A stretch of 64,000 bases of DNA from Octopus sinensis (GCF_006345805.1 NC_043018.1:28334001-28398000); one strand, 5' to 3'. Positions 12,882 to 27,319 are shown, counted from the first letter of the stretch. Notes: generated by a model from the letters alone, not told the origin. Program-made: numbers and translations.

Positions 12882-13053
12882 CGTTTTATAAAATAGAGTC
12901 TCATTTGTTAATTGACGGAAAAGTTTTGAATATTTGTACACTGAATGACATTTCGTAACACTGGGGAGTTTGTTCATTTACAAACAAGCTTTTGAAAATA
13001 GGAACACTAGTTGATTCTATACACATACGCACACACACACACACATACACACG

Positions 13054-13097
<44 letters not shown>

Positions 13098-13771
13098 GAT
13101 ATATATAGATACATACATACATATATTTATATATATATGACTACATATATAGATGCATATATGCATATATTTAAGTGGATAGATGGATAGATAAATAGGT
13201 AAAGATATAAATATAGACTAATATGTATGAATGTGTGTGTGTGTCTACATCTGTGTGCATACGTATGTATGTATGTATGTACGTATGTCTGTATGAATGT
13301 ATGTAAATAAAAGTTCGGAGACAATTGTCGGAGAAAGATTTATTTCAATGAAAGCGAAATAAATTAACAAAATATCTTTAACCTCGAATCACTAATAATA
13401 TATTTATCTCTTAAATACACAATCCGCTTAAATACACTTGATTGTTCCATACGTACGTTTGCTGTCGTTTTACTGTTTACCAAAGAAATTCTATATTTTC
13501 ATAATTTTCTCTAATTAATTAAACGAACTAAATGTTTATCTAAACTGTTTAATTGATTGACTGAATGATGAAAAACGCTTGTGACGAAGATGGTCGGTGT
13601 TGGGGATGATTTTAATGATGGTGGTGGTGGTGATGGTGATAATAATGAAAATGATGATGATGGCGGTGGAATGATGATGATCATCATCATGATGATGATT
13701 ATGATGACAAAGAAGCGGATGAGGAAAATGATTATTACACACACACACACACATACACACACATACGCACA

Positions 13772-13848
<77 letters not shown>

Positions 13849-14593
13849 TTATTTAAATATAGATAACAAAGATCATTAAGTGGATTCCTTGTATGCTAAA
13901 AACAGACGTCAAACAGTTCCAGCACAAGTGGATGTGTTTTAACGTATGGTGACCACTGATTCAAATTGGCATTACTTAATAATATTAATTCCTACCCTTA
14001 TAAATATATATATATATTTATTTGATGATGATGATGAGGAGGAGGAGGAGAAGGAGGAGGATGTTGGTGGCTGCCCTCGTGCTGGTACTGGTGCTTGTGA
14101 CAATTATGATTGTGATGATGATTGTGACAATGATAACGACGGACAATGACAATTCTGGAAAGGTTGATAACGTCGATAGATGATAATGATGTCGGCATTG
14201 CTGTTGTTGTTGTTGTTGTTGTTCTTGGTGGTGGTGGTGGTGATGGTGGGTGGCAGTGTTGATAATCTATTTGTTTTCTTAGCTTTGTTTGTCGCTCTAT
14301 AATTGATATAGTTGCAGTTATTAAGTACTAACGACTTCACACTTGTTTATAAGACTCTTTCATGTAATTCTTCACAGTTGGTGTTCCTGTTGATATTATC
14401 ATTTCTGTTGCTACCATTTTACTTTTTTTTTATTATTTTCAACAAATCGTGTTTTTATCGTCTCTTCTAATGTCGTTATTAATTGTATTTCATCATCAAA
14501 GCAACCGATACCATTATTATCATAATCACTATTATCATAACCAGCATCATCATCGTCGGCATTGTAATAATAATAATAATAATAATGATAATA

Positions 14594-14651
<58 letters not shown>

Positions 14652-14655
<4 letters not shown>

Positions 14656-15200
14656 GCCCTGATGCAGTACCAGGCAGTGGCTCTCGTGGCTTCTGAACTT
14701 ATCTGATTGGAAGTGTTATCATGTACATAAGTGTCTTGGTATAAAAGATGGACTACAGCAAATATTCTGCTCAATACCACAGATTTGCTTGTCAGTTGTT
14801 TGACCTTAACCAGTTGATCATGTCCCTTAGCGGCTGACGATATGCGCATCTCTGATCATGAACAGAAGTGGAAGAGCACCATAGCCATGTGTTGAGAGGG
14901 ATTCTTTGAATAATTGACATCTCGAAACATGGGTGTTTCGTTCAACATCCTTAAACAACCCTTATTCAGGGACCTTTTGAGCGAGATAGATTACTCGACC
15001 AGAAGAAAATTCTAACTTGGCGCCACCTGCAAGGTCATGTGCTGTTTATCTTGATATGAGATCACCATGTCACGCGCATGTGTTTGTAATACATGTACCT
15101 AGTGTACCCTTATCAGATGGGTTATCATGATGGGTATACTGGGCTTCGTACATTTTAGCCCAGTGTCACTTTGATGGTATGCACTTCTCTCTTACTCAAT
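14652..15200. mobile_element. Unclassified ~550-bp interspersed element flanked by (TAA)n
   Basis: Non-coding complex sequence with sharp (aat)n borders on both sides. Confidence 0.5.
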
Positions 15201-16389
15201 GATAATAATAATAATAATAATAACATAACATCAACAACAACAACAGCAGTAACAATAATAATAATAAACGCTTCTACCATAGGCAAAAGTTCTGAAATAT
15301 TGGGGGAAGATTTAGTCAATTACCTTCCTGAAAAAGGTAAAGTTACCTATTGGAGTCATGCCGAATCATTAGGGCCGGTTTCCCGGATTCTTGACGTACA
15401 TATTCCCTACCTGGATGGGGTTGGTCCTTTGCAGGATTACGCATTTTTGCCAGCTGAGTGGACTGGGGCAACATGAAAGGATGTGTTTTGTCCAAGAACG
15501 CAACGCGTCGCTCGGTGCAGGAATGGAAACCGCAATTATGAGTCCAACACTAAACCACGCGCCTTCCCTAAAAGGAGAAAGGTCGTTCTCAAGTCATACA
15601 GATTCATAAGGGCTAGTTCCCCGGTTCCGTATAAAATCCCCACCTGAACAGGACACAGGTTTGTTGCAGGATTACTAATTTTTGCCAGCTGAGTGGACTA
15701 GATGAATGTGAAATGAAGTGTTTTACTCAAGAACACAACGCGTCGCCTGGTCCAGAAATGGAAACCACAATCTTACGATCATGAGTCCAACACTCAAACA
15801 TTAAGTCATGTGGCACCACTTAGTCGATTACATCGAACCGGAAACAATGAAAAGCAACCTCTCCCGGGTAGAACTTGAACTCCAAACAAAATGTTCCTAT
15901 ACATTTTACCCTACCTGTTAACGATTCTGCGACCATAGCGCCTTCATAATGATAATCTCTTCTTGATGCGCAAAGTCTGAACTTATTGGGGTGAGGAGCT
16001 TAGACGATTACATTAAACCCATTACGCAGCTGATACTTACTGTAACAACTGTGAAATGATGAAAGGTAAATTCGACCTCAATGGCATGTGAAGTCAGAAA
16101 ATAAAATCTTCCTACTATAGACACACAGCCTGAAATGTAGAGGGGGGGGACTAGTCGATTTAGCCGACCTAGTGTTTCACTGGTACTTCATTTATCGACC
16201 CCGGAATGATGAAAAGCAAAGTCGATCTCGGTGGAATTTAAACTAGGACGTAGCGACGTGAGAAACACTGCTAAGCATTTCGTCCAGGGTGTTAACGATT
16301 CTGCCAGCCCACACCGCCTTGAAGTTTGAAAATAATGACATACGAAATGCCGCTAAGCATTTTGTACAATCTCTAACGGGTTCATGCCT

Positions 16390-17330
16390 CTCCAGATTAT
16401 AGCTAAGTTACTTACTGATGTAACTAAGTGCACCAAAAATAGCTGGTGTCAATGCCCATATATTATCAGACTACAAGAATTGCAGTTTTCGAAACAGTTG
16501 TTCATAGATATTCACCTTGTCACTGATTTAGGAAGAGATATTCAAATCTGAAAGGACAACTAACTTATACGATTGTCGGGTTTGTTATGCTAGATTGATT
16601 TGAATGTTCCCCCAATAGCCTATGTTCTGGTATGTTTGTGTGTATTCATAAGCAGAGACGTTATCTAGAGCAGCCTTTTGTGTGGATAGAATTGTATAAT
16701 GTTTCAGCAAGTAACATTATGTGTCACCACGATGACATTTTTGTACAACTGTTGATAACACGTGTTATGTCCCCCACAGAAAAGTGACATACCGACATTT
16801 ATGGTTCCATCTTAGGATTTCAAGAGCTACCCCGTTAGTTCGTGAGATATTTTGTAGATACCCCCTGTATATATCTCAGGCTGTGGTGTGATGTAGTATT
16901 TTTGAGTCCTGAAGTGGCTGCAATTCAAGTTAACGTTTTCGATCTTCTGTAGTTTACTGAAAATATATCTATGCATATCGTTAATGTGATATGTAAAACT
17001 GTTCCGTTTCAGGTATTTAAGGAGATATGTGAACGTTGCATTTGTGGGTTTCTAGGGAAGGTCATCAGGAAGCAGCACTTTCATCAGAAGTTCGCTACCA
17101 ATCCGCAGGAAACTTCGCTTCATTTTTCAGGTCTTCATTGATTTATATACATTAGCTGCAACTGTTTAGAAGGCAATATCTGAACGACATCAGTCTAAAT
17201 GTACAGACGTTAAATCTCTTCCAAAATCATTCCCTCTGCGATATAATCTGTCGATATCGTGTCACAGGCCATGAGGCATTAGAGGATTTTCGTAGAACAA
17301 CAATGAATCAAGATCCAAAATAAACAGAAG
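16390..17330 (-). mobile_element. Highly decayed Penelope-like RT/GIY-YIG remnant
   Basis: KPTNATFTYLLKYL..SFTYHI..IFS..CS resembles the Penelope RT thumb motif KPT..YL..S.H..; many stops. Confidence 0.3.
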
Positions 17331-17657
17331 TACATGTAGTTTTGGAATATTGCATTTGAAATAGTTTATATTTTCATAGGCATTCACGTAACTTCAAAGT
17401 CACTGTCAGACTGGCTCTTCCCTTGTAAATAATATATATATATACGCATGTCAGCAAATTGTGTATATATATATATATATATTATATATATATATATACT
17501 AAGCAATAACGGTTAGCAACGAATTAATACCGAATTAGAAATAGGCATTCAAAGAGTTATAGCGATTTCTTCTACTAGGGAGATCTCAGTAAAAACAGAA
17601 ATATATATATATATATATACATATGTATTTATCTATATATGCTTATATATATATATA

Positions 17658-17872
17658 TTCAAAATGTGACCTTGTGTGTACCGTTGGTGATTTTTTTTCC
17701 TCCGTCTTCCCTTCTCTGGATCTTTCCTTTTCCCATGTTTCTGACGAAGAGCTCCGCTCGAAACGTTAGACCCTCCTTCTTCCCTTCCTTCCTGAGCGTC
17801 CAATAATACTATATTTGTTCCACGTCCTCGTGTTGTTGTGTTTTCTCGTTGTGTTTTCATGTTTGGATTACC
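17658..17872 (+). mobile_element. Solo Penelope-like pLTR fragment between (TA)n tracts
   Basis: Carries an HHR at 17737-17771; TA tracts on both sides. Confidence 0.65.
17737..17771 (+). ncRNA. Minimal type I hammerhead ribozyme, canonical core
   Basis: gttt-CTGACGA-a-gagc(tcc)gctc-GAA-acgt palindrome-T-agac; cleavage triplet GUU. Confidence 0.75.
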
Positions 17873-17890
17873 TATATATATATGTGTGTG

Positions 17891-17924
<34 letters not shown>

Positions 17925-18449
17925 GTGTATGTACGTATGTATGCATAAATGTGTAGCGTATATAGAACTTCATTGTCTAAAGCATCTTCATTTCTTTCAG
18001 CACTATGAACCGTACTAATTTTGGGGCAAGGAATTTGGCTGCTCTTTCTAGCATGTCAAACCAACGAGTAAAAGTCTCCCTCTTTGGTTCCACTATTGTT
18101 TCAATAAGCTGTAGAAGATTAGTTTCCTTCTCGAATCATACCGATTTATAAGGACCGGTTCCTCGGTTTTATGCTATGTATATTCCTCACCTGGAGGGGA
18201 CGCCGTTTCGCCACAGGATTACTCATTTATGCCAGCTGAGAGAGGACTGGAGTAACGTGAAACGAAGTGATTTGCTGAAGAATAGAATGCATTGCCCGGC
18301 CCAAGAATCGAAGCTTCAATCTTACGATCATGTGTCCAACAGGCTAACCACTGATCCACGCGCATCCACAACCTGTATAAGTAGCCCTGACTGCAATTTA
18401 CACTCAACCAACACGTGCCGTTCGCTTACAATGTTTCATAGGAAATGCC

Positions 18450-18700
18450 AGGAGGCGAGCGAGCTGGCAGAGTCGATAGCACGCCGGACAGAATGCTTTG
18501 TGGCATTTCGTCCGTTGCTACGTTCTGAGATCAAATTTCGCCGAGATCGACTTTGCCTATCATCACTTCGGGAGTTGATAAATTAAGTACCAGTTGCATA
18601 CTGAGGTCGGTCTAATCGAATGGCCTCTCCCACAAAATGTCAGGCCTATAATAGAAAGGACAGAATGCTAAGCGGCATTTCATTCTGAGCCCAAGTTCCA
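18450..18700 (+). mobile_element. SINE family B (ggcgagctggcagaatcgttagcacg head)
   Basis: Further copies at about 16120-16320(-), 20565-20820, 21115-21330, 21345-21490, 28290-28700, 34020-34400, 47030-47420(-), 49975-50190, 51665-51982(-). Confidence 0.8.
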
Positions 18701-19247
18701 CCGAACTTTGACTTTCATGATTTCGGGGTCCATAAAATAAGTACTAAATGTGTGCTGGAGACAATGTCATCGATTTACGCACTCTTCCTCTCTCACTCAC
18801 TCGATCGAAATTGCTGGCCTTGTGCCAAAATTTGAAATCGATAATACATAGGAAATATGTTAATACCACTACTCCCATAATTTAGTAAAGCTATAATTCT
18901 CAATTGTTCCTCTCTCTGTACGGAAACCAATAATATTCTGTTGACAGCGCTCGTCTATTATTCATTCAAAGCTTATAAGCTTGCTGTGACGGTGTTTGTG
19001 CAAACGATGATAAATTACTGGTTTACAGATACAGAAAAACGTACTTGCACATCCAAACACAAGCACATACACACATGCACACACATTCAAGCGTGCAAAT
19101 ATAGCCCCGGAGTGTGTATGGGTTTGTATGAAAGTAAATTGTGATTATGTGAGTGTGCATATGCATCACATATGTGTGTGTGTGTGAATATATGAGTGAA
19201 TATAAGTGAATATGTATACATGTATGCATTAATATATGTGTATATAT

Positions 19248-19295
<48 letters not shown>

Positions 19296-19436
19296 TGTAT
19301 ATATAAACATACATACACATATATGTATAAATATATATACATATGTATAATACGTATATGTATGCATATATCTATATATTACTGTATATATACGTATATA
19401 ATATATATATATATATTATATTTATATATATGTAGG

Positions 19437-19468
<32 letters not shown>

Positions 19469-19477
19469 TATATATAC

Positions 19478-19515
<38 letters not shown>

Positions 19516-19866
19516 TTATGCATGTACATATACGTATGTCTGTATATATCGGTATAAATATTTTTATATATGAATATATACACATAACTATTTATTTGTG
19601 GTGTAATGTATATATATATATATATATATATATTCATATCTACACTGAAGCACACTTATATATACATATATTTACACGCGCAAAGACATATGTGTGTATA
19701 CGTGTGCTTATGAGGGAATAGGCATACAGCTATTAATGTACATATGTACAAGATGGATAAACCATATATATATAGTTTATTCATCTTGAATAAACACTTT
19801 GATGTATCACGACATACATGAGTAAATCGAGTGGTGTATCAACATTTAAACATGTAAGTATATATA

Positions 19867-19915
<49 letters not shown>

Positions 19916-20910
19916 CGTGTATGGTGTGTGTGTGAGTGTGTGTGTGTGTGAGAGTGTGTTGTTTGTGTCTTTATGTGTGTGCTGTTGTGTGCGTATGCAT
20001 GATTTATCTAATTCAGTCAATTTGAAATATTTCATCTGAAAGAACTCGCGACTAATCCATTAGTGTCAATACAATTTCAAAATTAATTAATTTTTGATTT
20101 TGAAAATTAAATAATATAATAGTAGCCAGCACCAACACGACCACCACTACTACCACCACCACTGCTACCATTACTACCAATCCCGCCACCACACCCACAT
20201 CCACCACCGCCGCCGCCACCACCACCACCACCACCGCCACCGCCACCACCAACACCATTTACATTACCACATTGAGATCAACAACAAGAACTACAATACA
20301 ACCGCTTTAAACGTCAGCAACGCTATCCTTGCAAAAATGTATACACTCCAAGTACAGCGACATTAACTGCAACATAAACAAATATATTTCTGACGGATCC
20401 GAGCGGCCTATATGATATTATTTTGGACTAAACGAGGTTAAAGAACATAGTCTTCGATGAAGTTTTGCATAGAGCTTCTTTTATTTTTTCCTTTATTATT
20501 GCAAATTTATATGGAAACCACGTTTTAACAAACCGTTTTCGTACGCTTTTTATTTCATGATAAGCGAGGAGCTGGCAGAAAAGTTAGCACGACGGACGAA
20601 ATGCTTAGAGCTATTCTGTAGGTGTTTAATTTCTGTGTTGATATTTAGCCGTGGTCCACTTTGCTTTCACTCTTTAATTTATTTCACACTTGGCGGCGAA
20701 CAGGCAGAATCGTTAGCACTCCGGATCAAAATGCTTAGCGCCATTCTGTATGGCCTTAGTTTTTGTGTTGAAATTTAGCCGAGGTCCAGTTTGCCGGTCA
20801 TCCCTTCGGCAAAATATGTCGATCAAATAAGTAGATAGATAGATGGTTGTATGAAGCACATACATACACATGCATGCCTACCTTCCCACCTACATACCTA
20901 TCTACCTACT

Positions 20911-20948
<38 letters not shown>

Positions 20949-21660
20949 TACATACTATATATATATTTGTGTGTGTGTAAGTAGGTATGTATGAATATAT
21001 ATATATTTATATTATATAAGTACCAGTGAAACACTGGGGTCAATTACATTGACTTGTCCTCTTCCACAAAATTTCAGGCCTTGTGTCTTTAGTAGAAAGG
21101 ATTATTTTATTATACTGGTCGGCGAGCTGGCGGAATCGTTAGCACGACGGACGAAATGCTTAGCGCATTCTGTACGTATTTAGCTTCTGTTTCGAAATTT
21201 CGCTGAGGTCGACTTTGTCTTTCGTCCTTTCGGGGTTGATGAAATAAATACCAGTTACGCACTGAGGCCCATGTAATTGACTAGCCCTCTCCCTCAAAAT
21301 TTCCGGTCTTGTGCCTTCAGTGGAAAGGATTAATTTATTTCACACTTGGCGGTGAACTGGCAGAATCGTTAGAACTACAGATTGAAATGCTTAGCACCAT
21401 TCTATATGCTCTGAGTTTTTGTGTTGAAATTTAGCCGAGGTCCAGTTTGCCGTTCATCCTTTCGGCAAATTATGTCGATGAAATAAGTAGATAGGGTTAT
21501 CTTATGTTATAATAGGCGGTAGCTGGCAGAATCATTAGCACGCCAGGCGAAATGCTTAGCGCCATTTGCCTTTCGACATTTCGATGTCGATCAAATATGT
21601 TTTAGTCAAGCATTGGCAGCGATGGGATCGTCTTACCCTCTTCCTGAAATTCCAGGCTTT

Positions 21661-22077
21661 GGGATCTTTTCGGTTTGAACGGCAGTTTTTAAAATAATTT
21701 CCACGTAACGAAACACTTTTAAACGTCGTATACTGGTAGAATGTGTTCATAAAACACCTTTTTCTCTTGGCTTTATTGAGAAAATTCTATGGTTTGTAAG
21801 ATATATGTTGTTTTTTTCTTCAATTTCTGCAATTTCAACCAATCAATGACGTCTATTGAGGTGAAAACACTCTGTGCTGTATGAATATGTCCCTCCTTTA
21901 AGAAACAGATTGTGTTTATTTACATTTCTGAAGAAAAAAAAGATACCCTTCGCCCCACCACTAACCTTAACCCTAAAACAGATTGAAATGCAATAGATCG
22001 ATACTAGGGTCATAATTATGGGTGACAATTTCATATGACACCGCTAGAAAAACTGCCGTTCAAACAGAAAGGATCCC
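21661..22077. mobile_element. MITE with 29-bp TIRs
   Basis: gggatcttttcggtttgaacggcagtttt versus aaaactgccgttcaaacagaaaggatccc; flanks aggcttt and tggcttt form an imperfect 7-bp TSD. Confidence 0.85.
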
Positions 22078-22951
22078 TGGCTTTGTATCAACACTTGAAA
22101 CCATTATTTTCTTTCGTGCTGAAGACTCCCAGCTCGTAGAATCGTTAGCAAAATGCTTCAAGACATTTCGTCTATCTTTATGTTCGTCGTAATTGTCTAA
22201 AATATTCTTTTCATTGTCTTATTCCTTAACTTGATTCAGTTATTTAACTACGGTCATGCTGGAGCACCGCCTTGAATTACTTTTGTCGAATGACTCGCTC
22301 CCTGTACTTATTCTTTAGGACTGGTACTTATCCTATCGGTCACATTTGCCGAGCAGCTAGGTTACGGTAACTTAAACACACCAAAAATGGTTGTTAAGTC
22401 GTAATAGGGACAACAAAAAGAAAAAAAGACATGCACACACACACATACACACACACATACACACATACACACATATATGTGTGTGTGTGTCTGTGTATGT
22501 GCTTGAAAATTTTAATTAATTAGGTTTTTCACATATTCTAAGTCGGATGTTTATCTTCGGTTAATGGATAATTCGACGCAATCTCGATTACTGCCAGCAT
22601 TTTATCATTCCTTTATTCCTCATAAATAAATTGTTGAGATGTAGATTGCATTCCTAATATTTACGCTCTCAAAATATATCATGGAAGCGTCATCCATCTA
22701 AAGTACAAATATATGGGAAACTACCACCTGTATCATCTCTTGTGAAAAGTAGAAGAGTCTTTCTTCTGTTGGCTTGCTCGCTTAGCCAGTGGGGTGGCGT
22801 CATTTGAAGGCTGAAACAATGCAAAGTGCACTGTGACTAGCGATGTGTAGCAACATCTGATAGCCTGGTCGGTCATGGTGATCACGGTGATTTGAAATAC
22901 AAACAAAATAAAATTATGCACTACAAACAAAAGTTAGAAAATATGACTAAC

Positions 22952-23061
22952 CTGTCGGAAAGTACTGACGTTCATTCATAAAAATGCCATCAGAATATTA
23001 CGCATAACACCGGTTGTACGAAAATACAGAAAGAACTAGGAGGCTCTCATTTACACCAATA
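22952..23061 (-). other. Candidate non-coding exon (110 nt)
   Basis: Minus strand tttttttgtgttag| ... ccgacag|gttagtc; stops in all three frames. Confidence 0.25.
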
Positions 23062-23113
23062 CTAACACAAAAAAATTGATGGAGTGCATCAATATACATA
23101 TGCATATATATAC

Positions 23114-23178
<65 letters not shown>

Positions 23179-23267
23179 ATTGGTGAATTGAAGAAATGGA
23201 GCTGAACGCAGATTGAACAGAAACTGTTGATTAATCTACTACAAGATTATTCATCTTTCTATTTCAC

Positions 23268-23316
<49 letters not shown>

Positions 23317-23518
23317 GAGTTTAGCAAAATTTAGATTCAGATTAATATGGTACTTAAGTTATAGGCACCAGAATTTGGTATGGTATTATCCATATAAATT
23401 AAATGGGGTGATTATAATCAAAATAAGCAACAAGGATATCCAAGGTAGTGTAGTACAATCGTTTCATGCTACTTCATTTTATTAAACAATGTAAGTATTA
23501 CATCAGTTTTACACATAC

Positions 23519-23592
<74 letters not shown>

Positions 23593-24868
23593 GTGTATGT
23601 GTATATGTATATATATATATATATATTATATATATACATGCATATACATACATACACATATGTGTATAGATATATATATATAAACATTATGTACGTAGGT
23701 AGGTATTTTTGTATGGGTATGAGTGGATGTATGTGTGTATGCGTGTGCATATATGCATACACATATATATTTACAGATATTTGAATGTGGTGTTGTCGTA
23801 CATATATATATGTGTGTGTACGTGTGTGTTTATGTATGCTTGCGTGTGTTTGTGCATATGTGTGTGTGTGCGTGTGCGTGTCTGCGTGTGTGTGTGCGTG
23901 TGTGTGAATGCTTGTATAATAACTATATATAGGTATATCTGACTGTTGACAATCCCATTTGTAGTGTCGGTTAATGTGACAATGCATGTGTGTACATAAA
24001 TTCATATATGTGCAAATGGTGTATAAGTGTGCACGTGTATCTTTCTGCATGTGTATGTGTATATGTGTGTGTGTGTATGTGGTGGGGTGAAGCAAATATA
24101 AGCTGAACTATAAAAGGAATAGCAGGAACGACAATTAAGGACGGATGTTGAAAACAGGTTCTGATAAATTGTAGAAATTAGCGTGCGACGATTCATCAGT
24201 GAATAGTCAACAGATTCTGGATTAGTTGTCGTATCATGGTCTCTTGTATTTACCTACTTAACTGCTGCGCACGATTTGCGATGGATATGTTTCACCGTCA
24301 TAGACACACATATATTTACCAAAAAAAAGTAAAAGCAATTATATATTTATATATGTTGATATAGGGAGTTCGATTCCCTGATCGGGCAAGATGTTGTGTT
24401 CTTGGGCATTATTTTACGTTGCTCCTGTTCACTCAGCTGTAGAAATGAGATGCGACGTCACTGGTGCCAAGCTGTATCGGGATTAGCCTTTCCCTTGGAT
24501 ATCATTAGTGGGATGGAGAGGGGAGGCTGATATACATGGAAGTGGGTCTCTACATTTTCCCCTTATAAATGTGTTTATATATATATATATATATATTGAT
24601 ATATATATATATATATATAATATAGGATAACATTTTTCGAAAAAAATTCCAGCAATGGCCAGCATATTAAAAAATACCTTTAAAGGGTAAATTTATAAAC
24701 AACTTATAAACACGGGCAAGAGAAAAAAAATTCTGATGCCAAATATGCCGAAAATCGACTTAAATCGTCAATAAACATATAATTCATCACTATAAGCACG
24801 CGTTTCGAAGTAAGCCAACAGAAATTTCAAAAAATTCCGTTATTTTCGTATCGGTTCTGATTTCAGAG

Positions 24869-25871
24869 TTAATTCATACGAATTTTCTCCTCGTTAGCGA
24901 TAAATAAATATTCGCGAGAATAAGGTGGATGAGGAATTTTTCCCAGCCAAGCCTTTCGATCTTCTGCGATGTAATCTTTGCAGTGTGGAGTCGCGCATTG
25001 TCCTGATGAAACATCACTCCTTTTCAATTCACTAAAGCGGGCCTTTTTTACTTCAAAGCTTGGTTCAGACGGTCTAATTGCTGACTTCAGCATTGATTGT
25101 TGCATTAGGTGGTAACCATTCAAAGTGGATTTGCAATCCCACCTGATAGAGAGAAGAACCTTTTTACCATGAAGTTCCATTCTCGGTTGTGGTTGAGCTT
25201 TATCCCTTTTACCAGCCACTGTTTACGACGTTTAACATTTCGATAGAAGATACGTTATTTGTCACCAGTCACAAGTCTATCCAAAAAGGGTGAAATGAGT
25301 TCGCGAGCAAGGAGGGAAGAGCAGATGTCAACTCGGGATTTGCGGTTGCTTTCGGACAATTCACGTGGCACCCATTTTCCAAGTTTAAGAAACTTTCCAA
25401 GTTGTTGAAGATGATGATGAACAGTGGTGTGGTTTGAACTAAGCTTTATTGCCAATTCTTCAACTGATAATGCAGGATTTTCTTCAAGTAATGCCTCGGG
25501 GAGCTTATCATCAAACTCAACTGCACGTTCTGTTCGATCTTCATCTTCAAGGCTGAAATCTCCACTTCTGAATTTTGCGAACCATCTTCTACATGTTCTT
25601 TCATTCAAGCATTCTTTCCCATAAACTGTGTGTCTGTTTCGAGTCGCTTCGGCAATATGTGTCTCAAATGCTCTTTGAATACTTCCATATTAGAAAGCAT
25701 TTTGATCAAAGAAATTTTAATTCTATTATTCTGTAAAATAATATTTAATTAGTTTAAATGTAGACAAATACATAAAAATAATTTTTAATTCAATTAGACC
25801 TTCTGAAATACTATTAAATTTCATTCAATTTTAAAAAAGGTAATTCGGACAGAACTCATGGGATAACCTTA
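24869..25871 (-). mobile_element. Mariner transposon, frameshifted transposase with 5' TIR
   Basis: RTCRRWFAKFRSGDFSLED, LGKWVPREL, PFLDRLVTGDK, KKVLLSIRWD, PHPPYS; TIR cggacagaactcatgggataacctta-TA. Confidence 0.93.
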
Positions 25872-26045
25872 TATATGTATATATCATATATAGATAGATA
25901 AATGCTTGTATGAAGCACATACATATACATGCATGCCTACCTTCCCACATACATACCTACCTAACTACCTACATATATATAAACATATGTACATACATAA
26001 TATATATAAATATATATTTGTGTGTGTGTAAGTAGGTATGTATGA

Positions 26046-26071
<26 letters not shown>

Positions 26072-26076
<5 letters not shown>

Positions 26077-26273
26077 TGCAGCGTGGAAGGTGTTTATAAG
26101 CCATTTAAGAAACACACAAAAGCCGTTCGATTCACTTCAACATTTAAGTTTAATTTGTCAAAATATTTTCGTCGCTTTAAGACCGCGACCTGTTCACTGA
26201 CAAAAATCCGTGCTGCATGAGATGCATGAGATGTGTTTAAATGGCTTATAAACACCTTCTACGCTGCAATTGT
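26072..26273 (-). mobile_element. Inverted-repeat-bounded 200-bp element with HHR (putative PLE pLTR derivative)
   Basis: 37-bp inverted repeats 26072-26108 and 26237-26273 (1 mismatch) next to (TA)n; HHR at 26154-26204 on the minus strand. Confidence 0.7.
26154..26204 (-). ncRNA. Type I hammerhead ribozyme, G3-C8 covariant core
   Basis: tttgtca-GTGAACA-g-gtcgc(ggtcttaaa)gcgac-GAA-aatatt palindrome-T-tgacaaa; all stems pair perfectly. Confidence 0.7.
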
Positions 26274-26331
26274 TTTCGTTTCAGCACACGATCTCAGATC
26301 AAATTACTTGCTATGCGAGTACATCTCCGTA

Positions 26332-26364
<33 letters not shown>

Positions 26365-26756
26365 TATACATATGAATGCATATGCATAAATATAAATACA
26401 TATATATGTATGTGTATAGAACGCCTTACACAAATACACATATTCCTGTGAAACCGGCAGTCCTATGCACATACAGTCACTTAAGCATAGTGTTTCGCAG
26501 ATCCACACGCTTCCTGCTGCCTGTTTGAATTGAATGTTTAGTAATGCTGACCATTAGTGGTGGTCGTAGGAGGCGGAGATGAAAGGGAAGGAATGAGATG
26601 TAGATAGATGAAAAACAGAGAGTAAACCACCTACGAGTCATGACACTATTAATGTATTGGGTTTAAACGATCACACAAACACTTCGATATACATATATAA
26701 AAAGATTAATAAATGAATATACACACATACAAACATACCTCTTTTCTCTTTTATCT

Positions 26757-27112
26757 CTCTTTTACTTGTTTCAGTCATTTGCCTGCGGCCATGCTGGAGC
26801 ACCACCTTTAGTCGAGCAAATCAATCCCGGGACTTATTCTTTGTAAGCCCAGTACTTATTCTAAGGGTCTCTTTTGCCGAAACGCTAAGTGACGGGGACG
26901 TAAACACACCAGCATCGGTTGTCAAGCAATGCTAGGGGGACAAACACAGACACACAAACACACACACGACATGCTTCTTTCAGTTTCCGTCTACCAAATC
27001 CACTCACAAGGCATAACAGAAGACACTTGCCCAAGATGCCACGCAGTGGGATTGAACCCGGAACCATGTGGTTGGTTAGCAACCTACTTACCACACAGCT
27101 ACTCCTGCGCCT
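26757..27112 (-). mobile_element. SINE family A
   Basis: Reverse complement of the family A head/body/tail; further copies at 29661-29983, 40474-40872, 45342-45753, 46170-46550, 54870-55227 (all -) and 47822-48220, 48315-48600 (+). Confidence 0.85.
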
Positions 27113-27120
27113 ATATATAT

Positions 27121-27160
<40 letters not shown>

Positions 27161-27211
27161 TTATATACATATATTTATATATAACAACAGAGATGAGGCA
27201 TTACGTACAAA

Positions 27212-27319
27212 ATTTACATTACTTACATTTGACGGACACTTGTCCTCATCTTGTATGGCGTAGTGTTTAAGAGCGCGGGCTACTAACCCCAATATTCCGA
27301 GTTCGATTCCAGGCAGTGA

